In this document: positions 39,508 through 48,725 of the stretch, one piece after another | Layout: each line of letters opens with the position of its first letter | Position numbering within the stretch: position 1 is the first letter of the stretch | Source: Candidatus Ozemobacteraceae bacterium | Lineage (GTDB): Bacteria > Muiribacteriota > Ozemobacteria > Ozemobacterales > Ozemobacteraceae | Length of the DNA: 53,401 bases | Assembly: GCA_036567845.1 (NCBI GenBank) | Contig: DATCTT010000376.1 | Location: 1 to 53,401 of the forward strand | Direction: 5' to 3' | The notes under the pieces: generated by a model | The model's input: the letters and a program-made list of their open reading frames with translations, nothing else | What the model was told of the DNA's origin: nothing | Database searches by the model: none | Program-made: the position numbers and the translations under genes

Positions 39508-42223
39508 TCCGGGGCTGGGCCGATCGCAAGCCGGGGAAACGGCGCAGCGCATAACGCTGCAGCGCCGGCTGACGGTCGGCATCGTCGTCGCCCTGACGGT
39601 CATCACGCTGTTTTTCGTGCTGACCACCGCGTTATTTCGAGACATCGAGCGGTTCATCGACCGCACCCTCACCCCCGACATCAGCGCCGCCCGCCTGTAT
39701 GAGCGATGCGGAGATCTCTGGAACCAGATCGACGACCAGATCACCGCGAATCTGGCCGATCATGCGCGCCAGGAACAACTCGTCAACGATGAACTCCTCG
39801 GCCGATTCCAGGGCACCCTGCTCCAGCTCGACACACTCGTGACCCGCCCCGAGCACCGGGCGGCCCTCATCGAGCTGATGCGGCTCGAAGCCAGTTACAC
39901 CCGGCAGCTTGAAGAGCTCGAGCGACACAGTCGGCGGCGCGGGGAAATCGCCCGTCGTGACGGTCAGCGGCGGCTCTCGGCCAGCCAGTCAATCTCGGCC
40001 CGCACGACCGATCTGGCCCGAAAGATCCGGCGGATGAACGACGAGCTTCCCCGGGCCCTTAACGCCCCCGAGTTTCGCCAACTCCTCGGCAGCGCCACAA
40101 CGCTTCTCACAACAATCTCCCGGATCGAAAAGGATCTCCAGATCGTCGAGGCGGAAATCGGTCTTTACATGGCCCAAAAATCCGAAACCGGCAGATTTGC
40201 AGCAGGCCGCCTCTCTCTTCCCGACCGGATTCAGAGCAGACTCCAAGCAGTCCTGGGCCTGATCGGCAAATCCATCGAGGGTTCGAGGAGCCCGCTTCAC
40301 ACCCGGGTGTTTGGAAATATACGATCAAATATTATCGATTTCAAGGCATCCTTCCAGGATCTGAGGGACCTGCTCGAACGTCCGGACAGTGAAAAGATCG
40401 AGATCGATGATCTGCTGTCCGGATCACGCGATCGCATGGTCACCGTCTTCATCGCCGCCCAGGCCATCATTGCACGCGAAGCGGAGTCCTTCTGGAACCG
40501 CATTCATGAAACGTCGTCCGGCCTCGTGAACGAGGCACGGCGTGACTTCAACGCCTCCCTCGTGTTTCTGCTGCTCGCCCTCGTTGGCGGCATCTACAGC
40601 GCGGTCACCTTTCCCGGCCGTATCGCCGGCCCTCTCCAGCAGCTAAAAAAACAGATGAAGGGCTACCGCCTCGGCGACAATGCGAATCTTCCCGAGGTCA
40701 CCAGCGACAACGAAGAGATCCACACGCTCGCCGAGTCGTTTCACAACCTCGCCTTCACGCTTCACGAACAGGCCGAGATCAACAAGACCTATCTCAAGAC
40801 AATCCAGAAGCTCACCGAGATCTACAGTGAGCTCGAAAGTGACAAGGCCGAGATCGTGGGAACCAACAAGGAAGCACGACTCGAGAATGCCGTCGGCAAA
40901 GTGCTCGAGCTGCTCAAAGACACCCTCCCCGGGATCGGTCTCGTCAAGATCATGCGCAAATCGCCGGGGACCGACGATATGCCTGCCGGCTTCGTCCGTC
41001 TCGGAGCACCACAGTTCACCCAGGAGTTCCTTGCCTCCCCCGAGTATCTTCCCTATGCCGCATCCACCGGCCTTCCCACCGACCACCGCCAGGACCATGG
41101 CAGGGAATTTCTGCCCCTGCATGAAGGGCTGACGGGATGGTACTGCGACAACAAGATCCTCGGCATCCAATGCTCCGACGATGATCGCAGCTTTTTCCGG
41201 CGGTCTCTTCCCCTGCCCGCGATCCAGGATAATCCGGTCCTCCGCGGCCGCACCCATGAGCAGGGGCTGAACGGCTGTCTGCTCCTGCTGCCGTTGCTGA
41301 CACCGATCCAGGCGGGTGAGGCGTCTCTGCTGAGCGACCCAGAATACGAGGAGGTATTGTTCGTCTACTTCTCTGACCCCGACACGCGTCTCTCGCTGCA
41401 GGACGTTTCCTTCATCAGGATCATCGCCGATCAGCTCGCATCGATCATTGAAACGGACAAGCTGATGACCGCCGCCGACAAGAAGAAAAAACTCGATGCA
41501 CAGCTCCAGATGGCCAAGGAAATCCAGGAAAACCTGCTTCCCCAACGGACACCGGCTATTCCGGGGCTGGGCATCAGCCGGATCAGCAAGTCCGCGGCCG
41601 AAGTCGGCGGGGACTATTACGACTTTTTCGATCTCGGCTCGAAACGACTAGGCCTCGTGATCGCCGATGCATCCGGCAAGAACGTTCCGGCCGCGATCAT
41701 CATGACCGTCTTCAAGACGACCCTCTCGACCATGGAGCTGACGAAGATGTCCGCCGGCGAGGTGCTGACCCGCGCGAATGACATCATCCAGCTCAATATC
41801 ACCAATGACCGGTTCATCACGGCGATGTATGCCATCATCGACGCGTCGACGGGCGAAGTCGAGCTGGCCTGTGCCGGCCACAACCCGGCGATCGTCGTTT
41901 CACGCCGGAAGGGCCCGCCGGTCCTCGAGGAGCGGTCCGCCTCGGGGTTGCCGCTGGGCATCGTCAGCATGAAATACCAGGCGACCAGGTTTGTGATGAA
42001 ACCAGGGGATCTGCTGGTCCTCTACACCGACGGCGTCACCGAGGCGCGTGATCCCGATGGGGAGGAGTATGGAACGGAGAGGCTCAAGCGCTTCCTGGGC
42101 GGTCAGCAGAGATCCGACCCGGCACGCGCGCTCCTGGATGACATCGGACTGTTCACGGGCGATGCGCCGCAGTATGATGATATAACGGCCGTGACCGTCG
42201 AGTTCAAGGGGAACAAGGCATGA
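39476..42223 (+). CDS. Membrane-anchored PP2C-family (SpoIIE/RsbU-type) serine phosphatase with a large N-terminal sensor region (TM helix, coiled coil, GAF-like).
   Basis: The C-terminal approximately 230 aa carry SpoIIE-domain motifs (GGDYYDF, LVIADASGKNVPAA, LYTDGVTEARD, DDITAVTVEF). N-terminal TM segment LTVGIVVALTVITLFFVLTTALF. GTG start overlapping the ychF 3' end. Confidence 0.7.
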   Translation: MTSSTSGSTSNPGLGRSQAGETAQRITLQRRLTVGIVVALTVITLFFVLTTALFRDIERFIDRTLTPDISAARLYERCGDLWNQIDDQITANLADHARQEQLVNDELLGRFQGTLLQLDTLVTRPEHRAALIELMRLEASYTRQLEELERHSRRRGEIARRDGQRRLSASQSISARTTDLARKIRRMNDELPRALNAPEFRQLLGSATTLLTTISRIEKDLQIVEAEIGLYMAQKSETGRFAAGRLSLPDRIQSRLQAVLGLIGKSIEGSRSPLHTRVFGNIRSNIIDFKASFQDLRDLLERPDSEKIEIDDLLSGSRDRMVTVFIAAQAIIAREAESFWNRIHETSSGLVNEARRDFNASLVFLLLALVGGIYSAVTFPGRIAGPLQQLKKQMKGYRLGDNANLPEVTSDNEEIHTLAESFHNLAFTLHEQAEINKTYLKTIQKLTEIYSELESDKAEIVGTNKEARLENAVGKVLELLKDTLPGIGLVKIMRKSPGTDDMPAGFVRLGAPQFTQEFLASPEYLPYAASTGLPTDHRQDHGREFLPLHEGLTGWYCDNKILGIQCSDDDRSFFRRSLPLPAIQDNPVLRGRTHEQGLNGCLLLLPLLTPIQAGEASLLSDPEYEEVLFVYFSDPDTRLSLQDVSFIRIIADQLASIIETDKLMTAADKKKKLDAQLQMAKEIQENLLPQRTPAIPGLGISRISKSAAEVGGDYYDFFDLGSKRLGLVIADASGKNVPAAIIMTVFKTTLSTMELTKMSAGEVLTRANDIIQLNITNDRFITAMYAIIDASTGEVELACAGHNPAIVVSRRKGPPVLEERSASGLPLGIVSMKYQATRFVMKPGDLLVLYTDGVTEARDPDGEEYGTERLKRFLGGQQRSDPARALLDDIGLFTGDAPQYDDITAVTVEFKGNKA

Positions 42224-42876
42224 TGACAGAAGCGGAACTTCTTTCCCGCAGCTTCTGGGACAAGACCTGGTCTCGTTTTCTGCGCCACCAGGGTATGATC
42301 GCACCCTCCGCAAAGCTGATCCAGCACATGGTGCAGCTCGTGCCCCGCCATGGCCTTGTGCTCGACCTGGGCTGCGGAGAGGGCCGCAACACGATCTATC
42401 TCGGCCGGATCGGCTTCCGGAGCATCGGCCTCGACCTGTCGAAAAAGGCCGTGAAGGTCGTGGCGAACAATCTGTTCGAAGAGGAGGTCAAGGGAACTTG
42501 CCTCGTCGGTGACGCCCGGCAGCTTCCGTTCGGCAACGCCACCCTCGACGGGATCCTCGCCCACCACCTGTTCGATCACCTCGACCGGGAGGGCCTGTAC
42601 ACGGCCTTTGCCGAGTGTTACCGAGTCCTCAAACCGGGCTCCCCCCTTCTGATGACCTGTGACACGTTCGACGGTGTTCGCGGCGACAGGAATCTGATCA
42701 CCCGAGACGACGGGACGATGCTATTCACCGGCGGCCCGCAGAAGGGATTGCAGATCCGCCCCCTCGTCGAGGCGGACTACGCCCATCTGACGGAGCATGG
42801 CTGGGAAGAGCTGAAGAATGACACGACGCCGGGCGGAAGCCGCATCGCGATGTTTCGGAGACGTCCGGGAATCTGA
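42220..42876 (+). CDS. Class I SAM-dependent methyltransferase.
   Basis: VLDLGCGEGRN (motif I) ...GLDLS... (post-I) ...VLKPGSPLLM (motif III-like). ATGA overlap with the upstream phosphatase gene. Confidence 0.65.
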   Translation: MMTEAELLSRSFWDKTWSRFLRHQGMIAPSAKLIQHMVQLVPRHGLVLDLGCGEGRNTIYLGRIGFRSIGLDLSKKAVKVVANNLFEEEVKGTCLVGDARQLPFGNATLDGILAHHLFDHLDREGLYTAFAECYRVLKPGSPLLMTCDTFDGVRGDRNLITRDDGTMLFTGGPQKGLQIRPLVEADYAHLTEHGWEELKNDTTPGGSRIAMFRRRPGI

Positions 42877-42890
42877 TCCCGGAAATTGCG

Positions 42891-44471
42891 TCAGTCCGCG
42901 GGCTCCCGGGGCCTGATCTGGGATTCGGGAAGCTGCTCGGCAGCGGTGACGCGGTTCCGGCCAAGCTCCTTGGATTTGTAGAGGGCCACGTCGGCAGCCT
43001 TGATCAGGTCGTCCATCTCGAGGGCCGAGTCGGGAAACACCGCGACACCGAGGCTGGCCGTGAACTTGATCGTCTTGCCACCGGCTTCGAGAGCATCCAT
43101 CTCGATCGCGCGCCGCACGCGTTCGGCGACAGCCATCGCTCCGACCATGTCGGTCTCGGGCAGCACCAGGGCAAACTCCTCGCCGCCGTACCGCACCGGC
43201 AGGTCGTGGGTGCGCACGGCCTTGCGCATGATCGCGGCAACCCGCTTCAGCACTTCATCCCCTGTCTGGTGGCCGTAGGTATCGTTGAACTTCTTGAAAT
43301 GGTCGACATCGATCATGATCAGCGCGAGCGACCGATTGAACCGTGCCGCGCGCTTGACCTCGTCGAACAGGCGCTGCTTGAAATATTTGTGCAGATACAA
43401 ACGGGTCATTCCGTCTGTGATGGCCTGCTCGTACAGCTTGGCATTCTTCACCGCCGCCCCCAATTGGACGGCGAACACTTTGATCAGCCGCTGGTCGCGA
43501 TCGGAAAACTCGCTCCCTGAGGTCTTCTCGCACATATGCATCGCCCCCAGGAACTCGCCCTGGTGAACGATCGGCACGATCACGAACGAGGTGCCGAACA
43601 CGGCCTGATCGATCTCGGGAAGTGGCTCTTCACCGGGATTGTCGCGCACCTTGATGATGGGCTCCTTGGTGTTGAACAGATGCCGGCAGACGCTGCTCTT
43701 GTGCACCTGGATCGTGTCAGGAATATCGGCGGTGTCCCCCAGATGGCTGCGTAGCGCGAACGTCTCGTGCTCCTCGTCATACAGCCAGATCGAGCCGCGA
43801 CGTACCTCGGAAATTTCGGACGTCGCACTCATCGCCATGTCGAGAAGCGTCTGCAGCTGGAGCTCGGAGGCGATCATCTGGGTCGCCTGGTATAGGATAC
43901 TGACTTCCTGGATCTTGTCGTCGAGACGCTTGTTCGTGTCGCGCAGGTCGGCCATCAGCAGAAAATTGTTTATAGCGACAGATATATTTCTCGACAGCGT
44001 CGTGAGAAAGCTGGCTTCCTTTTCCGAGAACGGCTCGCGCTTCAGTTTGTGGCCGACGACGAGGAACCCGATCAGCTTCTCCCGGACCTTCAGAATTGAG
44101 ATCGAGTTGAGATCGTCATCGCGGAAGTTCGTCGTCAGCTCCTTCAGGAACGGGAACTCGGCGATCGGAAACGTGATCGGGTCGGTCTGCTTCTCGAGTT
44201 CCTGCGCTTCCGCCGGCGTGACGAGGCAGGTGGCCGTTTTTTTCGAAAGTTTCCAGGAGCAGCGCAGGGAGACGCTTCCGGTCATGGCGTCGTAGATGAA
44301 GATGCCACCCTTGCTGACGCCGAGCGTGCCAAGCAGGAGATGCAGCAGGGATTTCAGCTGGGCATCGAAACTGGTGACCCGGCAGAGCTCGTCCCCGATA
44401 TCGCTGAGCGCCTTGAGGACATACTCGTAACGGAGAACCTGCTGTTGGGCGTCGATTTCTGGTCCCGTCAC
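42891..44471 (-). CDS. Diguanylate cyclase (GGDEF domain, active-site GGEEF) with two N-terminal GAF-like domains.
   Basis: RYGGEEF, DHFK.FND.YGH..GD..L, the I-site-like RxxD region and the N-terminal GAF-like repeats. Confidence 0.75.
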   Translation of the reverse strand: MTGPEIDAQQQVLRYEYVLKALSDIGDELCRVTSFDAQLKSLLHLLLGTLGVSKGGIFIYDAMTGSVSLRCSWKLSKKTATCLVTPAEAQELEKQTDPITFPIAEFPFLKELTTNFRDDDLNSISILKVREKLIGFLVVGHKLKREPFSEKEASFLTTLSRNISVAINNFLLMADLRDTNKRLDDKIQEVSILYQATQMIASELQLQTLLDMAMSATSEISEVRRGSIWLYDEEHETFALRSHLGDTADIPDTIQVHKSSVCRHLFNTKEPIIKVRDNPGEEPLPEIDQAVFGTSFVIVPIVHQGEFLGAMHMCEKTSGSEFSDRDQRLIKVFAVQLGAAVKNAKLYEQAITDGMTRLYLHKYFKQRLFDEVKRAARFNRSLALIMIDVDHFKKFNDTYGHQTGDEVLKRVAAIMRKAVRTHDLPVRYGGEEFALVLPETDMVGAMAVAERVRRAIEMDALEAGGKTIKFTASLGVAVFPDSALEMDDLIKAADVALYKSKELGRNRVTAAEQLPESQIRPREPAD

Positions 44472-44493
44472 GATGCTGGCCGTTCCGTCGGTG

Positions 44494-44847
44494 TCAAGCG
44501 CCCTTGAAGGCGCTCACCGCTTGCTGTTCCGCATCGAAAGGCTGCGCGAACTGGAGAAGTCCCATCATTTCGAAGGTTTTCCGGTTCGTCGGCGTCAGAT
44601 TGGTGAACGCCAGCGCGCCTCCCGCCTCTTCAATCGCCTCGATGACGCCGATCAGGATCGAAATGCCGATGCTGTTGATCAGTGGAGACTGCTCGAGGTT
44701 GATGACAATCTTCTTGATATCTTTGCCCAGATGCTCGGAACAAACGGTGTCGACCTGCTCCGCACCAAGGTCGTTGAGATAGCCTTTGGTGCGAATGATC
44801 AGGACGGGACCATCCACCTGGTGTACCAAGGAAAATTCATCTGCCAT
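44494..44847 (-). CDS. STAS-domain anti-sigma-factor antagonist (SpoIIAA/RsbV/HsbA-like). It lies 22 nt upstream of the diguanylate cyclase gene.
   Basis: 117 aa with a STAS pattern: GPVLIIRTKGYLN......V.....IKKIVINLE....INSIGI..L. A conserved phosphorylatable Ser region is present (SPLINS). Confidence 0.65.
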   Translation of the reverse strand: MADEFSLVHQVDGPVLIIRTKGYLNDLGAEQVDTVCSEHLGKDIKKIVINLEQSPLINSIGISILIGVIEAIEEAGGALAFTNLTPTNRKTFEMMGLLQFAQPFDAEQQAVSAFKGA

Positions 44848-45005
44848 ATCGTCTCCGGTAGCATACGGAACGGTTGAGGACTCTGCGATATTCGGCGATA
44901 TCGCTCTATCCCGGTCACCTTACCATAAATGCAAAGTCCACACAACAACCCGGGAAAAAAAGTTTTCCTTGCGCACGGGAAAAAAAAAGATACATTTTCG
45001 CCTCG

Positions 45006-45821
45006 ATGTGGAATGCTCGCGTACAACGTCTGATCCGCAGCTTCGCCCTTCTGGCTGCTGCGCTGGGCCTTGCCGCCGGAACGGCATGGATGGTTTACAC
45101 CTCCCCCGAGAGTGTACAATCTGTCTCTCTGAAAGTTCAGTATACCTCCCTCCAGTTCAGGGCTGAAGCCTGGCCGTGGTCCACATGGTCGCTGCTGTTC
45201 GGCGGCCTCCTCACCTCCTCGCTCATCGGAATTCCTTCCGGGCTGCAGTTCCTTCTTCTCTTTCCGTTTCTGCCGCCCGTGAAAGCCTGGGCCGTCGTCG
45301 TGTTCGCACAAACTCTGACGACCTGGCTCGTCACTTGGTTTACAGCTCCGGGGAAACAGCCGTCCCGCCTTCCGCCTGAACTGACGGCCGCCGTCGCCGA
45401 AGCCGGCAGTCCCTTGAGACTCGCCTGGGCTCTCCGCGTGTTGCTCGGCATTCCCAACCGGACAATCGATGCCGCCCTCGCCACGGCGTGCTCTCCCGAC
45501 ACAACGGCGCGGCGCTTGGCGTTGTGGGCTCTCCCCGGACACTGCCTTCGCGCGGCCCTGACCGGTGCCTGGGTTTCGGCCATTTCCCTGGTCATTCTCG
45601 ATTTCCGTCCCTTCCCCGAGTATGACCTTGCCCGGGCCGCCGTGATGACGGTTGTCCTTTCGGTGTTCTGGCTGCTTCCCTGGATTCCCGAGCTTATACC
45701 GGGCGGTCCGGCCGTGCATCGCTTGATCTCGATCTGCTCGGGCACCCCCTCCACGGATCCGGAATCCTCTGCGGAAGCGCCGGGAAGCGCCATTCAGAGA
45801 CAGACCCCGGCGGCCCGCTGA
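45006..45821 (+). CDS. Hypothetical integral membrane protein.
   Basis: ORF with 5-6 hydrophobic segments. ATG at 45006; the upstream extension to 44874 would overlap the STAS gene start region. Confidence 0.4.
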   Translation: MWNARVQRLIRSFALLAAALGLAAGTAWMVYTSPESVQSVSLKVQYTSLQFRAEAWPWSTWSLLFGGLLTSSLIGIPSGLQFLLLFPFLPPVKAWAVVVFAQTLTTWLVTWFTAPGKQPSRLPPELTAAVAEAGSPLRLAWALRVLLGIPNRTIDAALATACSPDTTARRLALWALPGHCLRAALTGAWVSAISLVILDFRPFPEYDLARAAVMTVVLSVFWLLPWIPELIPGGPAVHRLISICSGTPSTDPESSAEAPGSAIQRQTPAAR

Positions 45822-45905
45822 TGCATTTTCCCGAAGCGTGACCCTGGAAAAATCCCCTGCGGCGTGGTATAAGGTTCACGAAGTCAAATCCCCCCAGGAG
45901 GACCC

Positions 45906-47771
45906 ATGAGCCGCAATACAGGGCCACTCATCAAGGAATTGAAACACCGGGCTGCCCGGATTCGCTGGCTGTCTCTTCAGACGACCGCCAAAGCCGGTTC
46001 CGGCCATCCCACGTCCTGCTGCTCCGCTGCTGATCTGCTGTCGGTGCTGTTTTTTCACACAATGCGGTATGATCCCGCCCATCCCGAATCCCATGCAAAC
46101 GACCGTCTCGTGCTCTCGAAAGGCCATGCGGCCCCCGCGCTGTATGCAGCCTGGTCCGAAGCCGGATATCTGAAGGAAGCCGATCTCTTCACTCTCCGCC
46201 AGATGAACTCGCCGATCGAAGGGCACCCGATGCCCTGCCTGCCCTTCGTCGATGTGGCCACCGGCTCCCTTGGACAGGGCCTTTCCGTCGGTCTCGGCAT
46301 TGCGCTCCAGCAGCGCCGCACCCTGAAAAACGACGCACGCACCTTCGTCCTGATGGGCGACGGCGAGATGGCCGAAGGCTCGGTCTGGGAGGCTTTTGCC
46401 CTGTCGGCCCACATGAAGGTCGACAATCTGACCGCCATCATCGACGTGAACCGCCTCGGCCAGAGCCAGGCGACGATGCACGGCCACGACCTGAGCGTGT
46501 ATGCCCGCAAGGTCGAAGCGTTCGGCTGGGAAGCCCTCGAAGTCGACGGACATGATTTCGACGAGCTGCTCACCGCATTCGACCGGGCCCTGAAGGTATC
46601 GGGTAAACCGGTCTGCATCATCGCCCGCACGTTCAAGGGCCATGGCGTCGAAGTCATGGAGAACAAGGACGGCTGGCATGGCAAGCCGATGAAGCCCGGT
46701 GCCGAGCTCGACACCGCCTGCGCTGCGGTTGCCGCCGATTTCATGAAGACCCCGCCCGCGCCGGCGATTCACAAGCCCGCGCCGGTGAAGGAAACGATTC
46801 CAACCGGTCCCGTCGCCCCCAGGACCCCCCCCGCCCCCTACCAGGCCGGCGCGAAAGTCGCGACCCGCCAGGCTGTCGGCGATGCACTGGTTGCGCTCGG
46901 CGAGGCCGATCCGCGGATCTGGGTCATCGACGGCGATACCCAGAACTCGACGTTCGCCGAGAAGTTCACCCAGAAATTCCCCGACCGGTCGGTCGAATGC
47001 TACATCGCCGAGCAGAACATGGCCGGCATTTCGGCCGGTCTCGCAGCCCGCGGTCTCATCCCATTCGCCTGCACGTTCGGCGCCTTCCTCGCCCGAGCCT
47101 TCGACCAGATCCGCATGGCCGCCCTTTCCGGGCTCCGGGTGAAGTTCCTCGGCACCCACGCCGGCATCTCGATCGGTGAGGACGGCCCCTCGCAGATGGC
47201 GCTCGAAGACCTCGCCTCGTTCCGCACCCTGCCGAACGGCGCCGTGCTGTATCCGTCGGATGCCGTCTCGGCCTACCAGTGCATCATCGAACTCGCCCGC
47301 CACAACGGCCCCGGCTACGTCCGCCTCTCCCGACCCGCGACCCCCCTGCTGTACAAGGCCGACGAACAGTTCCCGCTCGGAGATCTCAAAATCATCCGCC
47401 CGGCTCGTGCTCCAAAGCTGACCGTTGTTACGGCCGGCGTCATCATGCACGAGGTGCTCAAAGCCGTCGACAGCCTTCCGAACGGGAACCAGGTCCAGGT
47501 CGTCGATCTGTATTGCCTCAAGCCGTTCCCGACCGAAAAAATGATCGAGGCCATCAACGCCTCGGGCGGTCGGATCATCGTATTCGAAGAGCACGCACGG
47601 GAAGGCGGCATCGGAGAATCTGTTGCCAGCGCGCTCGCCGGCCGCATCCGCGACTGGCACCACGTCGCCGTCACCCGGGTTCCTCGGTCCGGCCCCCCCG
47701 AGGAGCTTCTCGCCTCCTTCGGTCTCTCATCCGACAAGATCGCCGAAACGCTGGCCCAACTCCTTTCCTGA
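45906..47771 (+). CDS. tkt: Transketolase (single-chain, approximately 620-aa form).
   Basis: The GSGHPTS ThDP-binding motif, GDGEMAEGSVWEA, the transketolase pyrimidine-binding domain and the C-terminal domain. RBS CAGGAGGA. Confidence 0.85.
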   Translation: MSRNTGPLIKELKHRAARIRWLSLQTTAKAGSGHPTSCCSAADLLSVLFFHTMRYDPAHPESHANDRLVLSKGHAAPALYAAWSEAGYLKEADLFTLRQMNSPIEGHPMPCLPFVDVATGSLGQGLSVGLGIALQQRRTLKNDARTFVLMGDGEMAEGSVWEAFALSAHMKVDNLTAIIDVNRLGQSQATMHGHDLSVYARKVEAFGWEALEVDGHDFDELLTAFDRALKVSGKPVCIIARTFKGHGVEVMENKDGWHGKPMKPGAELDTACAAVAADFMKTPPAPAIHKPAPVKETIPTGPVAPRTPPAPYQAGAKVATRQAVGDALVALGEADPRIWVIDGDTQNSTFAEKFTQKFPDRSVECYIAEQNMAGISAGLAARGLIPFACTFGAFLARAFDQIRMAALSGLRVKFLGTHAGISIGEDGPSQMALEDLASFRTLPNGAVLYPSDAVSAYQCIIELARHNGPGYVRLSRPATPLLYKADEQFPLGDLKIIRPARAPKLTVVTAGVIMHEVLKAVDSLPNGNQVQVVDLYCLKPFPTEKMIEAINASGGRIIVFEEHAREGGIGESVASALAGRIRDWHHVAVTRVPRSGPPEELLASFGLSSDKIAETLAQLLS

Positions 47772-47789
47772 AGCCATGAAACACACGAA

Positions 47790-47822
47790 CGGGCGACCCA
47801 TCGGGGGTCGCCCGTTTTTTTT
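47790..47822 (+). terminator. Rho-independent terminator (cgggcgaccc-atcg-gggtcgcccg followed by T8) after tkt.
   Basis: Perfect 10-bp stem plus a T8 tract. Confidence 0.85.
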
Positions 47823-47983
47823 CAAAAAAAATCCGCCGTCCGCAGAATCCCTCGTGGGCACACTCCCGTCATCCCTTGTTTGCGGATGTTGTTCGGCGTT
47901 TGCCGACGCCGATTTGAAAGATCTTCACAAAACCTTCTCTTCGGTCGAAAAGGGTTATGGTTTTGTTTGCCTCCTTATGATTC

Positions 47984-48015
47984 GGGCCGGGTTTAAAGAC
48001 CCGGCCTCTTTTTTT
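47984..48015 (+). terminator. Second intrinsic terminator-like hairpin (gggccgggt-ttaaag-acccggcc followed by TCTTTTTTT), 160 nt downstream of the first and 45 nt upstream of udk.
   Basis: GC stem plus a T-tract. Together with the tkt terminator it delimits a roughly 160-nt non-coding segment. Confidence 0.6.
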
Positions 48016-48059
48016 GGCCGCGTCATCCACCTCGGTGACGCCAAATCAGGAGTGAAACG

Positions 48060-48722
48060 ATGCATCAGATTTATGTGATCGGGATCTCAGGCCTCTCGGG
48101 GTCCGGCAAGAGCAGCGTGTCGAAGGCGATCGCCAAGCGATTTCCCGGGAAGGTCTCGATCCTCGAGCATGACATGTATTACCGCCCGAAGGGCCAGCAG
48201 CCGATCAAAAACTACGACCATCCCGACGCCCTCGAAACGGATCTGCTGATCAAGCACATCTACGAGCTCAAGAACGGCAGGTCGATCGAGCGGCCGATCT
48301 ATGACTTCAAGATTTCCGACCGGCTGAAGGAAACCGTGACGGTCAAACCGCACCCGATCCTCGTCGTCGAAGGGCTGCTGCTGTTCTGCATCGCTGAGCT
48401 GATGCCACTCTGTGACCTGCGGATCTATGTCGACGTGCCGCTCGACATCGCCGTCATCCGGCGCCTGAAACGCGACCACATCGAGCGCGGCAGAACTGTG
48501 AAGAGCATCATCTCCCAGTATGAAAGCACCGTTCGCGACGCGGCCATCAGCCTCGTTCAGCCGTCACGCTATGTGGCAGACCTGATCATCCCTCACGGCT
48601 CGAACAATCAGGTCGGGCTCGAAGTGCTGTATGGCAAGATCAACGACCTGCTGACCACGGCCGGCAAGCCCTTGGAGCACGACATCGCCCGCACGGTCGG
48701 GAACAAGGATTTCGACGTCTGA
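48060..48722 (+). CDS. udk: Uridine kinase.
   Basis: VIGISGLSGSGKSS (P-loop), the ...HD.YYR... region and the conserved ...IYVD.P.D....RR..RD. block typical of Udk. Confidence 0.8.
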   Translation: MHQIYVIGISGLSGSGKSSVSKAIAKRFPGKVSILEHDMYYRPKGQQPIKNYDHPDALETDLLIKHIYELKNGRSIERPIYDFKISDRLKETVTVKPHPILVVEGLLLFCIAELMPLCDLRIYVDVPLDIAVIRRLKRDHIERGRTVKSIISQYESTVRDAAISLVQPSRYVADLIIPHGSNNQVGLEVLYGKINDLLTTAGKPLEHDIARTVGNKDFDV

Positions 48723-48725
48723 TCC

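Noticed and set aside
36873-39744. Long minus-strand ORFs 36873..38114 and 38308..39744
   Set aside because: They are antisense to the CNT transporter and ychF, which both carry clear family signatures. They are Arg/Asp/His-rich shadow frames.
45876-47663. 595-aa minus-strand ORF
   Set aside because: Antisense to the clearly homologous transketolase gene. It has a shadow-frame composition.
47623-48078. 151-codon ORF bridging tkt and udk (contains MKHTNGRP...)
   Set aside because: It overlaps the tkt 3' end and runs straight through two intrinsic terminator hairpins. It has no RBS and is low complexity.
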